In this document: one piece after another, positions 17,997 to 31,187 of the stretch | How the letters are laid out: every line of letters begins with the position of its first letter | Position numbering within the stretch: position 1 is the first letter of the stretch | NCBI GenBank assembly: GCA_041299705.1 | Contig: JBGLNM010000001.1 | Coordinates: 3,814 to 67,813, forward strand | Origin: Desulfobacterales bacterium | GTDB taxonomy: Bacteria > Desulfobacterota > Desulfobacteria > Desulfobacterales > JBGLNM01 | DNA: 64,000 bases | Reading direction: 5' to 3' | The notes under the pieces: model-generated | The model's database searches: none | Told to the model about the DNA's origin: nothing | Seen by the model: only the letters and a program-made list of their open reading frames with translations | Program-made: the position numbers and the translations under genes

Positions 17997-20432
17997 ATGA
18001 CCAGCACCCAGACCCACCTGTCCTGCCAGGAGAACGAGGCGCACATCGGCGTGTACGTCTGCCGCTGCGGCCTGAACATCGCCCAGACCGTGGACTGCGA
18101 CCGGGTGGCCGCCCAGGCCGCCGCCCTGGACGGCGTGGCCCTTTCCAAGGTGGTGACCTATGCCTGCTCCGAACCGGGCCAGGCGGAAATCGTCGCCGAC
18201 ATCCGCGAGCGGGGCCTCGACCGGGTCGTGGTGGCCTCCTGTTCCCCCCGGCTCCACGAACCCACCTTCCGGCGCATGATGGTCAATGCCGGGCTCAACC
18301 CCTACCTGCTGGAAATGGCCAACCTGCGCGAACAGTGCGCCTGGGTCCACATGCGCCAGCAGGCCCGGGCCACGGCCAAGGCGCAAGACCTGGTGGCCAT
18401 GTCGGTGGCCCGGGCGCGGCTGCTGGCCCCCCTGACCGAAGACGTCATCGCCCTCACCAAGCGGACGCTGGTGATCGGCGGCGGCGTGGCCGGGATCCAG
18501 GCGGCCCTGGATCTGGCCGACAGCGGCTACGAGGTGGTGCTGGTGGAGAAAAGCCCGTCCATCGGCGGGACCATGGCCCAGCTGGACAAGACCTTCCCCA
18601 CGATGGACTGCTCCATCTGAATTCTCGGGCCGAAAATGGCCGATGCCGGTCGGCATCCCAACATCCGCCTGATGACACTGAGCGAAGTGGCCGATATCGG
18701 CGGCTACGTGGGCAATTTCGAGGTCAAGATCGTCAGGCGCGCCCGCTACGTGGACGAAAAGGCCTGCACCGCCTGCGGCGAGTGCGCCAAGGCCTGCCCG
18801 GTGGTCTTCCCCGACGAGTTCAACATGGGGCTTTCCTCGCGCAAGGCCGTTTACATCCCCTTTGCCCAGGCCGTGCCCTCGGCCTTCGTGATCAACATGG
18901 CCGAGTGCATGGGCCGGGGCTGCTCCAAGTGCCTGGAGGTGTGCGACAAGAAGTGCATCCAGTTTCACATGTCCGACGAGACGGTCAAGGTCAGGGTGGG
19001 CTCCATCGTCGTGGCCACGGGGATGGCGCCCTATGACCCCACCCCGATGGACGAATACGGCTATACCCGCTTCGAAAACGTGGTGACCAGCCTGGAGCTG
19101 GAGCGCATCCTCAATGCCGGCGGCCCCACCGCGGGCAGGCTGGTGCGGCCCGGGGACCTCGGGACACCGGCCTCCGTCGGGTTCATCCAGTGCGTGGGAT
19201 CGCGGACCCGGCGCAACGGCGGGCGTCACTGCTCCAACATCTGCTGCATGAACACGATCAAGGCCAGCCTGGTGATCAAGGAGCACCATCCGGACATCAC
19301 CGTCAAGGTCTTCTACGTCGACATCCGCGCCTTCGGCAAGGGCTTCGAGGATCTGTACACCCGCAGCCGCAGCCTCGGGGTCCAGTACCTGCGGGGGCTG
19401 CCCGGGTCGGTGGAGGAGCTTTCCGACGGGAGTTTGTGCGTCGCCGTGGAAAACACCGCCACGGGCCGGCTCGAACGCCACGACCTGGACATGCTCGTGC
19501 TGGCCGTGGGGCTCCAGCCCTCGGCATCGACCCGCAGGCTCCAGGAGATGCTCGGCCTTCAGCTGACCTCCGACGGCTTTTTCCTGGAGGCCCACCCCAA
19601 GCTCCTGCCCGTGGATGCGGCCACCCGGGGGGTGTTTTACGCGGGATGCGCCGAGGGGCCCAAGGACATCAAGGAAAGCGTCACCCAGGGTTCCGCAGCC
19701 GCGGCCCGGGCCGTGCGCCTCATGCACCGGGGCATGATCACCTCCGAGCCCATCACGTCCCAGGTGGAACCCCTCCTGTGCAAATCCTGCGGCAGGTGCG
19801 CCGAGGTCTGCCCCTACAACGCCATCCGCGTTGACACCCAGAAAAAGACCCCGGCCGTGGTCAACAGCGCCGCCTGCGCGGGCTGCGGCACCTGTGCGGC
19901 CGAGTGCGCCTTCGGCGCCATCGTGATGAACCATTTCACCGACGCCCAGATCCTCAGCCAGGTCGACACCCTCTTCTCCGAGGAGAGCGCCTCCAAGATC
20001 CTGGTCTTTGCCTGCAACTGGTGCTCCTATGCCGGGGCCGACTATGCCGGGGTGTCGCGGCTTCAGTACCCGGCCAACGTGCGCCTGGTGCGCACCATGT
20101 GCTCCGGCCGGGTCGACGAGAGATTCGTCTGGGAGGCCTTCGAGAAAGGCGCCCCGGTGGTGCTCGTCTCCGGCTGCCACATCGGCGACTGCCACTACAT
20201 CGACGCCAACCGCTGGACCGAAAAGCGGGTCGAGAAAATCCGCCGCCGGATGGAAAGGAAGGGGATCCGCCCCGAGCGGCTCCAGCTGTCCTGGATCAGC
20301 GCCGCCGAGGGGGTGCGCTTTGCGGAGGTCATGGCGCAGATGGAGGCCCTGCGCCAGAGCGTGACCGCCGAAGAGATCGCCGCTACGCTGGCGGCGCTGC
20401 GCGCAAAGGAAACCGTGCAGGCGGCGGGTTAG
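17997..20432 (+). CDS. hdrA: Heterodisulfide reductase subunit A-like flavoprotein with a C-terminal MvhD domain. In-frame UGA (Sec) at 18618-18620.
   Basis: ATG at 17997. ..DKTFPTMDCSI[TGA]ILGPKMADAG.. joins ORF-track entries 17421..18620 and 18636..20432 in one frame. Contains FAD and Fe-S motifs and an MvhD-like tail (FACNWCSYAGAD). Confidence 0.85.
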
Positions 20433-20491
20433 CCGCCGCGGCCGTCCTCCCTGAAACGGCGCGGCGGATGGCCATCGACGGCCTGCCGCGT

Positions 20492-20699
20492 TCACTGGGC
20501 GAGAAAGTCGAGGATCAGCCGGGCGGTCTCCTCCGGCTTTTCCTCCTGGGGGACATGTCCGCACGCCGGGATGATCTTCAGGGCCGCGCCGGGAATAACC
20601 TCCTCGAATTTCCGGCCGTTTTCCACCGGGATCCACGCATCCTGCGCGCCCCAGATGACAAGGGTTCTGACACCCACCCGGCGCAGCCTCCCGGTCAGC
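20492..20699 (-). pseudogene. 3' fragment of an alpha/beta-hydrolase gene
   Basis: ..LTGRLRRVGVRTLVIWGAQDAWIPVENGRKFEEVIPGAALKIIPACGHVPQEEKPEE.. contains only the C-terminal His-loop region. Upstream it abuts an unrelated gene in another frame. Confidence 0.7.
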
Positions 20700-20918
20700 C
20701 CGGCACACCCCGTCCACGAGGCCGGCGGCGACCACTTTTTTCCAGAGACCGGCCATGGGGTTCGCCGGTTCGACCATCTCCGGGATCAGCTTCGTGGCCG
20801 CCCCCTCCACGACGATCCTGCCCCCCAATCCCCTGGCGTGCAGGTCGAGGGCGTTGAGCAGGACGTGGACGAAGCACATGGGGTCACCGTTGTAGACGAA
20901 AAGGGCCAGTTTCGGCAT
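20700..20918 (-). pseudogene. 5' fragment of a DsrE/DsrF-like small protein gene
   Basis: MPKLALFVYNGDPMCFVHVLLNALDLHARGLGGRIVVEGAATKLIPE...AAGLVDGVCRA, then homology stops. ATG at 20918, 2 nt after the ferredoxin stop codon. The family call is from memory. Confidence 0.5.
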
Positions 20919-20920
20919 TC

Positions 20921-21112
20921 TCAGGCTCCCTCCCACGAGATGCAGTCCTTGGGGCAGTTCTTGATGGCCTCGTTGACGTCGGCCTCCGGGTAGATCTCGA
21001 GTTCCGCCACCTCCAGCCACCCGGCGTCGTTGATGCTGAAGACCGACGGGCAGGCCGTGGTGCAGACTTCGCACAGGATGCAGGTGCCCAGGTCGACCAC
21101 CGGGTACTTCAT
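20921..21112 (-). CDS. Small [4Fe-4S] ferredoxin
   Basis: 63 aa. CILCEVCTTACP plus a distal CPKDC. ATGA overlap with the ROO stop codon. Confidence 0.8.
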   Translation of the reverse strand: MKYPVVDLGTCILCEVCTTACPSVFSINDAGWLEVAELEIYPEADVNEAIKNCPKDCISWEGA

Positions 21113-22314
21113 CGTCCCGCCTGTTCCCGGGATTGCCGGACGGCATCGCCGATCCGGCGCCCGAATTCGACGCAGGCCGCGTGCCCCTCCCGGTCGGGCA
21201 CGTACTGCTGGCGAAGGCCGTCGGCGATGAGCGCGAAATTCATCGCCGCCAGCTCCGCCTCGATGAGCTTGACCGCCTCGCCGCTCCAGCCGTAGGAACC
21301 GAAGGCGGCGCCGAGCTTGTTCTGGGGGCGCAGCCCCTTCACGTAGGTCAGGAAATCGGCCACGGTGGGGAACATCCCGTTGTTGAGGGTGGGGGAGCCC
21401 ACAACGATGGCCTTGGCGTCCAAGACCTCGGTGAGCACGTCGCTGCGGTGCCACTTGCGCAGGTACATGGGCCGCACCTCGATCCCCTTTTCGGCGATCC
21501 CGGTGGAGATGGCGTCGGCCATGGCTTCGGTGCTGCGCCACATGGTGTCGTAGACCACGATGGCCTTGCCCTTGGACTCCTGCCGGCTCCAGCGGGCGTA
21601 GGCGGCAACGATCCTGGCGGGGTCGCTGCGCCAGATCACCCCGTGGTCGGGGCAGATCATGCGGATGTCGAGGTTCATCGCCGCGACCTTGTCGATGAGC
21701 TTGAGCAGCAGGGGCGAGAAGTGGAGCAGGATGTTGGCGAAATACTTCTTGGCATGGGGCATGATGGCGTCGCCGATGACGTCGTCGAACTGCTCGTGGC
21801 CGGCATAGTGCTGGCCGAAGGCGTCGCTGGAAAAGAGGATCTTGTCCTCGTTGAGGTAGGTGAACATGCTGTCCGGCCAGTGGAGCATGCGCGTTTCCAT
21901 GAAGGTGGCGCTGCGCCTGCCGAGGCTCAGGGTGGCGCCGTTTTCCACCGCCTGGAAGTTCAAGGGGCTGTGAAAGTGGGCCGCGAGGGTCTTCCGGCCC
22001 ATCTTGGAGCAGAAGATCGGCTTGTCCTCCCCCACGGCGCGCATCACCGCCGCCAGGGAGCCGGAGTGGTCCATCTCCGTGTGGTTGCTGATGACGTAGT
22101 CGATTCTTTTCGGGTCGACGATGGAGGCGATATGGCGCAGCAGGTCCTTTTCAAACCCCTTTTTGACGGTGTCGACCAGGGTCACCTTTTCGTCCAGAAT
22201 CAGGTAGGCGTTGTAGCTGGTTCCAAAAGGGGTGGAGTAGCCGTGGAAATCACTGATGTTCCAATCGTTCACCCCCACGTCGTAGATGCCTTGCGCGATT
22301 TCAACCGGTTTCAT
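21109..22314 (-). CDS. roo: Flavodiiron protein (rubredoxin:oxygen oxidoreductase / FprA type)
   Basis: 401 aa from the ATG at 22314. Metallo-beta-lactamase-like diiron domain (SNHTEMDHSGS) plus a flavodoxin-like domain. Confidence 0.88.
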   Translation of the reverse strand: MKPVEIAQGIYDVGVNDWNISDFHGYSTPFGTSYNAYLILDEKVTLVDTVKKGFEKDLLRHIASIVDPKRIDYVISNHTEMDHSGSLAAVMRAVGEDKPIFCSKMGRKTLAAHFHSPLNFQAVENGATLSLGRRSATFMETRMLHWPDSMFTYLNEDKILFSSDAFGQHYAGHEQFDDVIGDAIMPHAKKYFANILLHFSPLLLKLIDKVAAMNLDIRMICPDHGVIWRSDPARIVAAYARWSRQESKGKAIVVYDTMWRSTEAMADAISTGIAEKGIEVRPMYLRKWHRSDVLTEVLDAKAIVVGSPTLNNGMFPTVADFLTYVKGLRPQNKLGAAFGSYGWSGEAVKLIEAELAAMNFALIADGLRQQYVPDREGHAACVEFGRRIGDAVRQSREQAGR

Positions 22315-22462
22315 CTGCTCAAATCCTCGGTCTGCCTGGATCGGGTTGGTCCGTGGCCGCACGGCGGCGGGCGGCGGCCAAATGCAGATGCCCTTTTCTC
22401 CGGGTCACCCGCGGCCCGGGTCAAAGGGCATCCTGGCTGCTGGAAGCAGTCATCCGGCCATG

Positions 22463-22624
22463 CTATTCCTCTTTTTCGAAATCGGCCTTGGCGGCACCGC
22501 AGACCGGGCATTCCCAGTCGTCGGGCAGGTCCTCGAACCGCGTCCCGGCGGCGATTCCGCTGTCCGGGTCGCCCTGCGCCGGATCGTAGACATACCCACA
22601 GATGGTGCATACGTACCTGTTCAT
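22463..22624 (-). CDS. rub: Rubredoxin
   Basis: 53 aa. [15 protein letters not shown]...[13 protein letters not shown] with two CxxC pairs. Confidence 0.92.
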   Translation of the reverse strand: MNRYVCTICGYVYDPAQGDPDSGIAAGTRFEDLPDDWECPVCGAAKADFEKEE

Positions 22625-22890
22625 TTCGCCCTCCTTGTCCCGTTGACTTTGAAGTTGCCCCGATGCGGCGTGCCCGCATGGATGGCCGACTGGAGCATAG
22701 TCAATTTTCCCCCAACTGTAAATCAGAAAATCGATTTGTAAACGGCCGGCGCTGAGGGGCCGGGGCGGAGGGGGCCTGCGGGTGCGGCCGCTTTCAATTC
22801 CGCGGTTGAAAGTCGGCGGCATAAATGGTAGAAAACGACGGATTTCAACTCACCCGCGCGCGACCGGCCCGGGCATTTGAAAAATCTCCC

Positions 22891-23445
22891 ATGAAACACC
22901 TCAGCGTCAAAAAGGGACACTCGCCCAGGATCGCCGGGGAACCGTCCCCGGCGCTGGACGCCTTGCCCCGGCCGGAGCGGGTGGCGCTGCTGCCCCGGAG
23001 GATGGCCCACCTGAAGCCGCGGCTCCTGGTGGAAACGGGCCAGCGGGTCGCCCTCGGGGCACCCCTGATCGAGGACAGGCGGCACCCGGACGTGCGCGTC
23101 ATGTCTCCGGGCGGCGGCACCGTGGAGGCGATCGATTTCGGTCCCCGGCGGGTGATCGCCCGCATCGTCATCCGCCTCGACGAGGAAGAGGAGCGGGTGG
23201 CCCGGGACCCGATGGGCGCGGCGGACCTTGGGCGCATGCCGCGGGGGGAAGTGGTCCGCAGGCTCGTCGCGGCCGGCCTGTGGCCTTTCCTGAAAGCTTT
23301 GCCGTTCCGCGATTACCCCCCCGAGGAGAGCGTTCCGCCGGCCATCCACGTCAGCCTGGGAAGCCTGGAACCCTTTCAGCCGGCCCCGGAAGTCTACCTG
23401 GACGGCAAGGGGGAGCTTTTCGCCTTCGGCCTGGCGGTTCTCGAA
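22891..23445 (+). pseudogene. 5' fragment (~185 codons) of an NqrA-like gene (Na+-translocating NADH:quinone reductase subunit A family)
   Basis: [19 protein letters not shown]...[37 protein letters not shown] resembles the NqrA N-terminus. Homology ends where the truncated uvrB arrives on the other strand. Confidence 0.65.
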
Positions 23446-24663
<1,218 letters not shown>

Positions 24664-24711
24664 GGCAGGAGCGCCCCGGCACGGCCTGGTCGATCCGCAG
24701 CGGCCGCCGCC

Positions 24712-26148
<1,437 letters not shown>

Positions 26149-26224
26149 TTGGGATGTCCTGATCGGTTTTGATAAGAATGGCTGCCGCCGAAACCGACCC
26201 GGCTATCGGCGTCGCTTGCCTGTG

Positions 26225-26256
26225 TTTCGATTTCGATTGCGATCCCGATTTCGATG
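26225..26256. repeat. Period-6 tract (CGATTT type)
   Basis: tttcgatttcgattgcgatcccgatttcgatg, between the cysS start and the ispF stop. Confidence 0.6.
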
Positions 26257-26275
26257 ATGTTTTTACATGCGGCTT

Positions 26276-26764
26276 CTAATGTTCCTTGCCGTGGAGGCTC
26301 TCGAGGGTGGCGAGGCACATGGAGGCGATGGCCTCTTCGTTTCCCACCGGACCGAGGCCCTCGGCGGTTTTGGCCTTGATGTTGACCCGGCGCGCTTCGA
26401 TGCCCATGGTCCTGGAGAGGGTCTCGCGCATCGCCTGCTTGTAGGGCGTCAGCCGGGGCGCCTCGGCGATGATCGTGGCGTCCACATGGCTCACGCGCCA
26501 GCCCTCGGCCCGCACCGCGTCACAGGTCCGCTTCAGCAGCACCAGGCTGGAGATGCCCCGATAGGCGGGATCGGTGTCCGGAAAATGTTCCCCGATGTCC
26601 CCCAGGCCGGCAGCCCCCAGAAGTGCGTCACAGACGGCGTGCACCAGGACATCGGCATCCGAGTGGCCGAGGAGGCCTTTTTCCGAAGGAACCGCCACAC
26701 CGCCCAGCACCAGTTTTCTGCCGGCCGCCAGGCGGTGGATGTCGTACCCCAAGCCGGTAGGCAT
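26276..26764 (-). CDS. ispF: 2-C-methyl-D-erythritol 2,4-cyclodiphosphate synthase
   Basis: 162 aa. GLGYDIHRL...GHSDADVLVHAVCDALLGA signature. Confidence 0.94.
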   Translation of the reverse strand: MPTGLGYDIHRLAAGRKLVLGGVAVPSEKGLLGHSDADVLVHAVCDALLGAAGLGDIGEHFPDTDPAYRGISSLVLLKRTCDAVRAEGWRVSHVDATIIAEAPRLTPYKQAMRETLSRTMGIEARRVNIKAKTAEGLGPVGNEEAIASMCLATLESLHGKEH

Positions 26765-26848
26765 AAACAGCTCCCTTATTGACTAAATTTAATAAAATAT
26801 CATAAAAGATCTTTGCCGTAAAGAAAACTGTGACGAAACCGCTTCAGC

Positions 26849-26875
26849 AACGATTACGATTTCGATAGAGATAGA
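26849..26875. repeat. Period-6 tract (CGATTA/CGATTT type)
   Basis: aacgattacgatttcgatagagataga, in the AT-rich leader upstream of the ATG at 26911. Confidence 0.55.
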
Positions 26876-26910
26876 AAATTTTTTTTGAATTCTACCACGG
26901 AGGGCACCGG

Positions 26911-28470
26911 ATGGATATTTACGAAATGATAACGCGTGCGCTTGCCGCCGGCCGCAAGACGCTCAGCGAGTACGATTCCAAGCGGATATTGCGCGCTTAC
27001 GGCATCCCGGCCGTGGAGGAAACCGTGGCGCAGGACGCGGAGGCCGCCGCCGCCGCCGCGGCCCGGATCGGGTATCCCGTCGTCCTCAAGGCCCTGGGGG
27101 CCTCCCTGGCCCACAAAAGCGAAATGGGCCTGGTCCGGCTCAACCTGGCGGACGGCGCCGCCGTCAGGGAGGCGGCCGCGGCGGTGGCGTCAGCGGCCGG
27201 CGACGCCTTGGAGGGCTTCCTGGTGCAGCCTTACGTGGCCGGGAACCGCGAGTTCGTGGCCGGCATGTTCAGGGACGCACTGTTCGGGCCGGTGGTGATG
27301 TTCGGCATCGGCGGCGTTTTCACCGAGGCCCTTTCCGACGTCTGTTTCCGCGCGGCGCCCATCGAAGCGGCGGATGCCGAGGAAATGCTCGCAGAGGTCA
27401 AGACCTCGGCCCTGCTGAAAAATTTCAGGGGGCAGCTCGCCGCCGACCGCGGCGCCCTGGTCCGGACCCTCACCGGGCTTTCCCGCCTGGCGATGGAACA
27501 GGAATGCATCGCCGAAGTCGACGTCAACCCTCTGCTGGTCACCCCCCGGGGAAGCGTGCTGGCCGTGGACGCCCTGGTGGCGCTCAAAGCGCCGGCAGCC
27601 GATACCCCTCCCCTGCCGCCGGTGGAGCCTTCCGCCATCGGCGCCCTCTTTTACCCGAAGTCCATCGCCTTTGTCGGGGCCTCCTCGGAAATGGGCAAAT
27701 GGGGCCACTCCCTGCTGTGCAACACCATCAGCGGAGGTTATGGCGGGCAGATCTACCTGGTCAACCCCAAAGGCGGCACCATCGCCGGACGGCCCGTGTA
27801 CGCGACCGTCGCCGACATCCCCGGGAAAGTCGACCTGGCCGTGATCACCATCCCGGCCGCCAAGGTCATGGACCTGGTGCCGCAGTTCGAGAAAAAGGGG
27901 ATCCGCAACATGCTCCTGATCACCTCCGGGTTCAGCGAAACCGGCTCCGAAGGACGGGATCTGGAAAACCGCCTCGTGGCGGCCGCGCGCGAGGCCCGGA
28001 TACTGATCCTCGGCCCCAACACCATGGGCATCTGCAACCCCCACGCCCGGCTCAACTGCACCAGCCTGCCGGCCAACCCCATGGCCGGCGACACGACGGT
28101 CATTTCCCAGTCCGGCAACATGGGGACCCAGCTGATGGCCTTCGCCGCGGCCCAGGGCATCGGCATCCGGGGGTTCTGCGGATCGGGCAACGAAGCCATG
28201 ATGACCATCGAGGACTACCTCGACGGCCTGGAGGAAGACCCCCTGACCCGCACGGTCATGCTGTATGTGGAAAGCGCCAAGAACGGCCGCCGCTTTTTCG
28301 AGAGCGCGCGCCGCCTGAGCCGCAAGAAGCCCATCGTCCTCCTGAAGGGCGGCCGCAGCAAGGAAGGCAACCGGGCGGCCGCCAGCCACACCGGCGCGCT
28401 CTCCTCGGACGCGCGCATTTTCAGCGCGGTCTGCCGCCAGGCCGGCATCGTCGAGGTGGAGCAGCCCATG
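26911..28470 (+). pseudogene. ADP-forming acetyl-CoA synthetase / acetate-CoA ligase family gene, 3'-truncated
   Basis: ATP-grasp domain followed by CoA-binding and CoA-ligase domains (FVGASSEMGKWG, SQSGNMG, CGSGNEA). Similarity ends at ..IVEVEQPM, and the last ~15 codons of the ORF are antisense to the next gene. Confidence 0.8.
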
Positions 28471-29165
28471 CCCTTCTGGACCACGAACTCGCGGCTCACG
28501 AATGCGGCGCCGTAGATCTCCTCCCCGCCTTCGTCCAGGATCCTCGGGTGGACAGCCGGCAGGCACCCCGAACCGCGGGCGTCGATCACCAGGCCGCTGA
28601 AGGTCGGCCGTTCGCCCGCGGCCGGGGCTTGCGGGCCGCGGGCGCCGCCGGCATCGCCTTTCCCGCTCTCCCCGAGGGTTTTCAGGGACTCCACCTGTTT
28701 GATGTCTGGCGGCAGCACCAACTGCAGAAAGCCCCCGTGGAGGCTCATTTCCATGGTCACGGCCACCGTGCCGTCGGACAGGTATTCCTGCCCTACGACG
28801 CGCGCCTGCCTCACCATCTCCTGGAGCTTGTCCACGATGGCCTCGTAGCCGCCGGCCAGGTCGCCCACGCGCAGGTCATCCCGGATGCGCACCCGCATCA
28901 GCGTGTGCAGGAGACGCTGCCGGGCCTGCTGGCGGGCCTCGGCCACGCCAGCCGCCTGTTCGCTGGATTCCCTGGACAGGGGCCGCTGCGGGGCAAAGGT
29001 CCCCTCGGCCCGGGCCAGGCCCTGGGACCAGTCGATCACCCCCTGGGGCAGTTCTTCCACCAGGGCCGCGGCCGGCTGGCACCAGGTAGCGCCCGCCGGC
29101 AGCAGCGCGCTCAGCGCCGCGGTCAAAAGACCGGCCCCCAACCAGCATCTGCGCATGATCCTCAT
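28467..29165 (-). pseudogene. Signal-peptide protein (LPP20-like periplasmic or lipoprotein family?), 3'-truncated
   Basis: MRIMRRCWLGAGLLTAALSALL... through ..GLVIDARGSGCLPAVHPRILDEGGEEIYGAAFVSREFVVQKGM. Beyond 28467 the ORF is antisense to the acs-like gene. Confidence 0.55.
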
Positions 29166-29190
29166 CGGCCGCGGCGCCTCCCGCCCCCCG

Positions 29191-30120
29191 TCACTGCTTG
29201 GCCTTCTCGCCCTCTTTCTTCCCGCCTTCCTTTATCTGCTGAAGTATCTCTTTCTTGGGCGGCATGTTCACCGGGTCATTGACGACTTCCACGTTGTACT
29301 CCAGGCTCAGGCGCTTCTTTTCCTCCTCGAAGCGCTTGATGGCACTATCCGCGCGTGCGAACTGGCGGACCTCCTCCTGGACCTCGGCATAGGGTTTCTC
29401 CACCGCCGGCTTGCGCTCGTAAAGTTTGAGGAGGTGATAGCCGGTGTCCGTCTTGACCGGCTCGCTGACCCCCTTGTCCGCGAGCTTGAACAGGGCCTCG
29501 TCCAGGGGCGGAATCAGCGCCCCCCTTGGGATCCACCCCAGGTCGCCGCCTTTTTCCCGTTCAGGGCCGAAGGATGCCTCCCGGGCGACCTCTGCAAACT
29601 CCCGGCCCTTGGCCAGTTCGGCCTGCGCGGCCTTGGCCTCCGCCTCGTTCTTGACCACGATGTGCCCGGCATGGACCTGCTCGGGGACATTGAACCGCTC
29701 CTTGTGCTGTTCCCAGAAGGCCTTGGCTTCCTCTTCGGTCACCTGGACGCTGGCAATCAGGTGGCGCTGGTACTCGCGCGCCAGGGTCTGCTCCACGGCG
29801 CTCTTGATCCTGTCGGCCGCCGCCGGGTCCTTGTCCAGGTTGAGGCGCCGGGCCTCCTTGGCCAGCAGCCGGACCGTGATCATTTCGGTCAGAAACTCGC
29901 GCTTGCCGTTGGCTCCCTGCCAGCGGGACTGACCCGCGGGCGCCATTTCGTCGAAGATGAGATCGAAATAGCGCTGGGTGATGGTGTCGTCCCCAATTTT
30001 GACCAGGACCCTCTCGGGCCCGGCCGTTTTGGGGGCGGCTTCCTGGGCGCCCGCGCGGCCTGCCGCCGCGAGCGCCAGCAAACAGACCACTGCACACACG
30101 TGACTCGCCTTGATTCTCAC
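29191..30120 (-). CDS. PpiC/parvulin-type peptidyl-prolyl isomerase (SurA/PrsA-like, secreted)
   Basis: 309 aa. Signal peptide. Parvulin core (HAGHIVV..GGDLGWI..TDTGYHLLKL). Confidence 0.88.
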   Translation of the reverse strand: MRIKASHVCAVVCLLALAAAGRAGAQEAAPKTAGPERVLVKIGDDTITQRYFDLIFDEMAPAGQSRWQGANGKREFLTEMITVRLLAKEARRLNLDKDPAAADRIKSAVEQTLAREYQRHLIASVQVTEEEAKAFWEQHKERFNVPEQVHAGHIVVKNEAEAKAAQAELAKGREFAEVAREASFGPEREKGGDLGWIPRGALIPPLDEALFKLADKGVSEPVKTDTGYHLLKLYERKPAVEKPYAEVQEEVRQFARADSAIKRFEEEKKRLSLEYNVEVVNDPVNMPPKKEILQQIKEGGKKEGEKAKQ

Positions 30121-30266
30121 TGCCTCTCCTCCTGTCGTCGATGGAATGTCGTTGTCTTCATCGTGGTCGCAACGCCCACGCGATGAACCGCCCCTGCCTT
30201 CCGGCGCCGGGGTCTCTCCCGCCCGCTTTCGCGCAGCGGGTTCGATGGCCGGCGATCATAGCGCCG

Positions 30267-30300
30267 GCAAGATGACCGCAAGATGACCGCAGGATGACCG
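30267..30300. repeat. Three tandem 11-bp direct repeats (GCARGATGACC)
   Basis: gcaagatgacc gcaagatgacc gcaggatgacc g, about 150-180 nt upstream of the ppiC-type gene start. Confidence 0.6.
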
Positions 30301-30332
30301 TTGGGCAATATCGCCGGCGGAGGGCGGCCGGC

Positions 30333-31187
30333 TCAGACCCTCCCGCCGCTCCAGCGCAGCTTGGCCTTCAGGACGTCGAAATAGTTCTGGCCTGGAACGG
30401 CGATCATCCGGATCGGATGGGCCGCCTTTTCCACCAGGATGACATCCTCCTCGGAGATGCCGAGCCCCTCCTGGCCGTCGAAGGTCAGCATGATGTCGGC
30501 CGGCTTTTTGGCCAGCTGGATCCTGATGCCCACCGATTCGGGCACGATCAGGGGCCGGTTGGTCAGGGTGAAGGGGCAGATCGGTGTCATGAGAATCCCG
30601 GCCACCGCCGGATGGACGATGGGGCCGCCGGCCGCCAGGGAATAGGCGGTGGAACCGGTGGGGGTGGCGACGATCAGGCCGTCGGCCCGATAGGTGGTCA
30701 GGTAGTTCCCGTCGATGTAGGTGTCGATCTGGGCCAGACGGGCCAGGGCGCCCTTGTTGATGACCACGTCGTTGAGGACCGTTTCGCGGAGATGCTCCTT
30801 TCCGGCGCGGATCACCCGCACCAGCAGCCGCATCCGGGTCTGGGTGGTGAAGTGCCCCCCGAGGATCGATTCGGCTACGGCGGCCAGGGAGTCTTCGGCG
30901 GTTTCGGCCAGGAAGCCCACCTCGCCGAACTTGACGCCGATGATGGGAATGTCGCGGTCCGCGATCCACCGCACGGCGCTCAGGAAGGTGCCGTCCCCGC
31001 CGAGCACGAACACGCACATCAGGTCGGGGGGCGCCACGGGCCGCTGCGCCGCCGCCCGCCGGGGGGTCGGCAGCGGGCTCTCCCTGCGAAGCACCACGAC
31101 CCCCCTGCGGGAAAGCCAATCCTCGAACCGGTCGGCATTCCTCCGGGCCTCGCTGTCCGGTTTTACGACCAATCCTACCCGCCCCAC
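30333..31187 (-). CDS. nadK: NAD kinase
   Basis: GGDGT motif (VLGGDGTFL) and the NAD-kinase C-terminal domain. The start is uncertain: GTG at 31187 or the ORF-track start at 31283. Confidence 0.85.
   Translation of the reverse strand: MGRVGLVVKPDSEARRNADRFEDWLSRRGVVVLRRESPLPTPRRAAAQRPVAPPDLMCVFVLGGDGTFLSAVRWIADRDIPIIGVKFGEVGFLAETAEDSLAAVAESILGGHFTTQTRMRLLVRVIRAGKEHLRETVLNDVVINKGALARLAQIDTYIDGNYLTTYRADGLIVATPTGSTAYSLAAGGPIVHPAVAGILMTPICPFTLTNRPLIVPESVGIRIQLAKKPADIMLTFDGQEGLGISEEDVILVEKAAHPIRMIAVPGQNYFDVLKAKLRWSGGRV

Noticed and set aside
20433-22890. Rubredoxin / ROO / ferredoxin / DsrE-like operon as a novel system.
   Set aside because: This is a standard oxygen-detoxification arrangement of anaerobes. 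The only oddity is the truncation at ~20700, which is reported separately.
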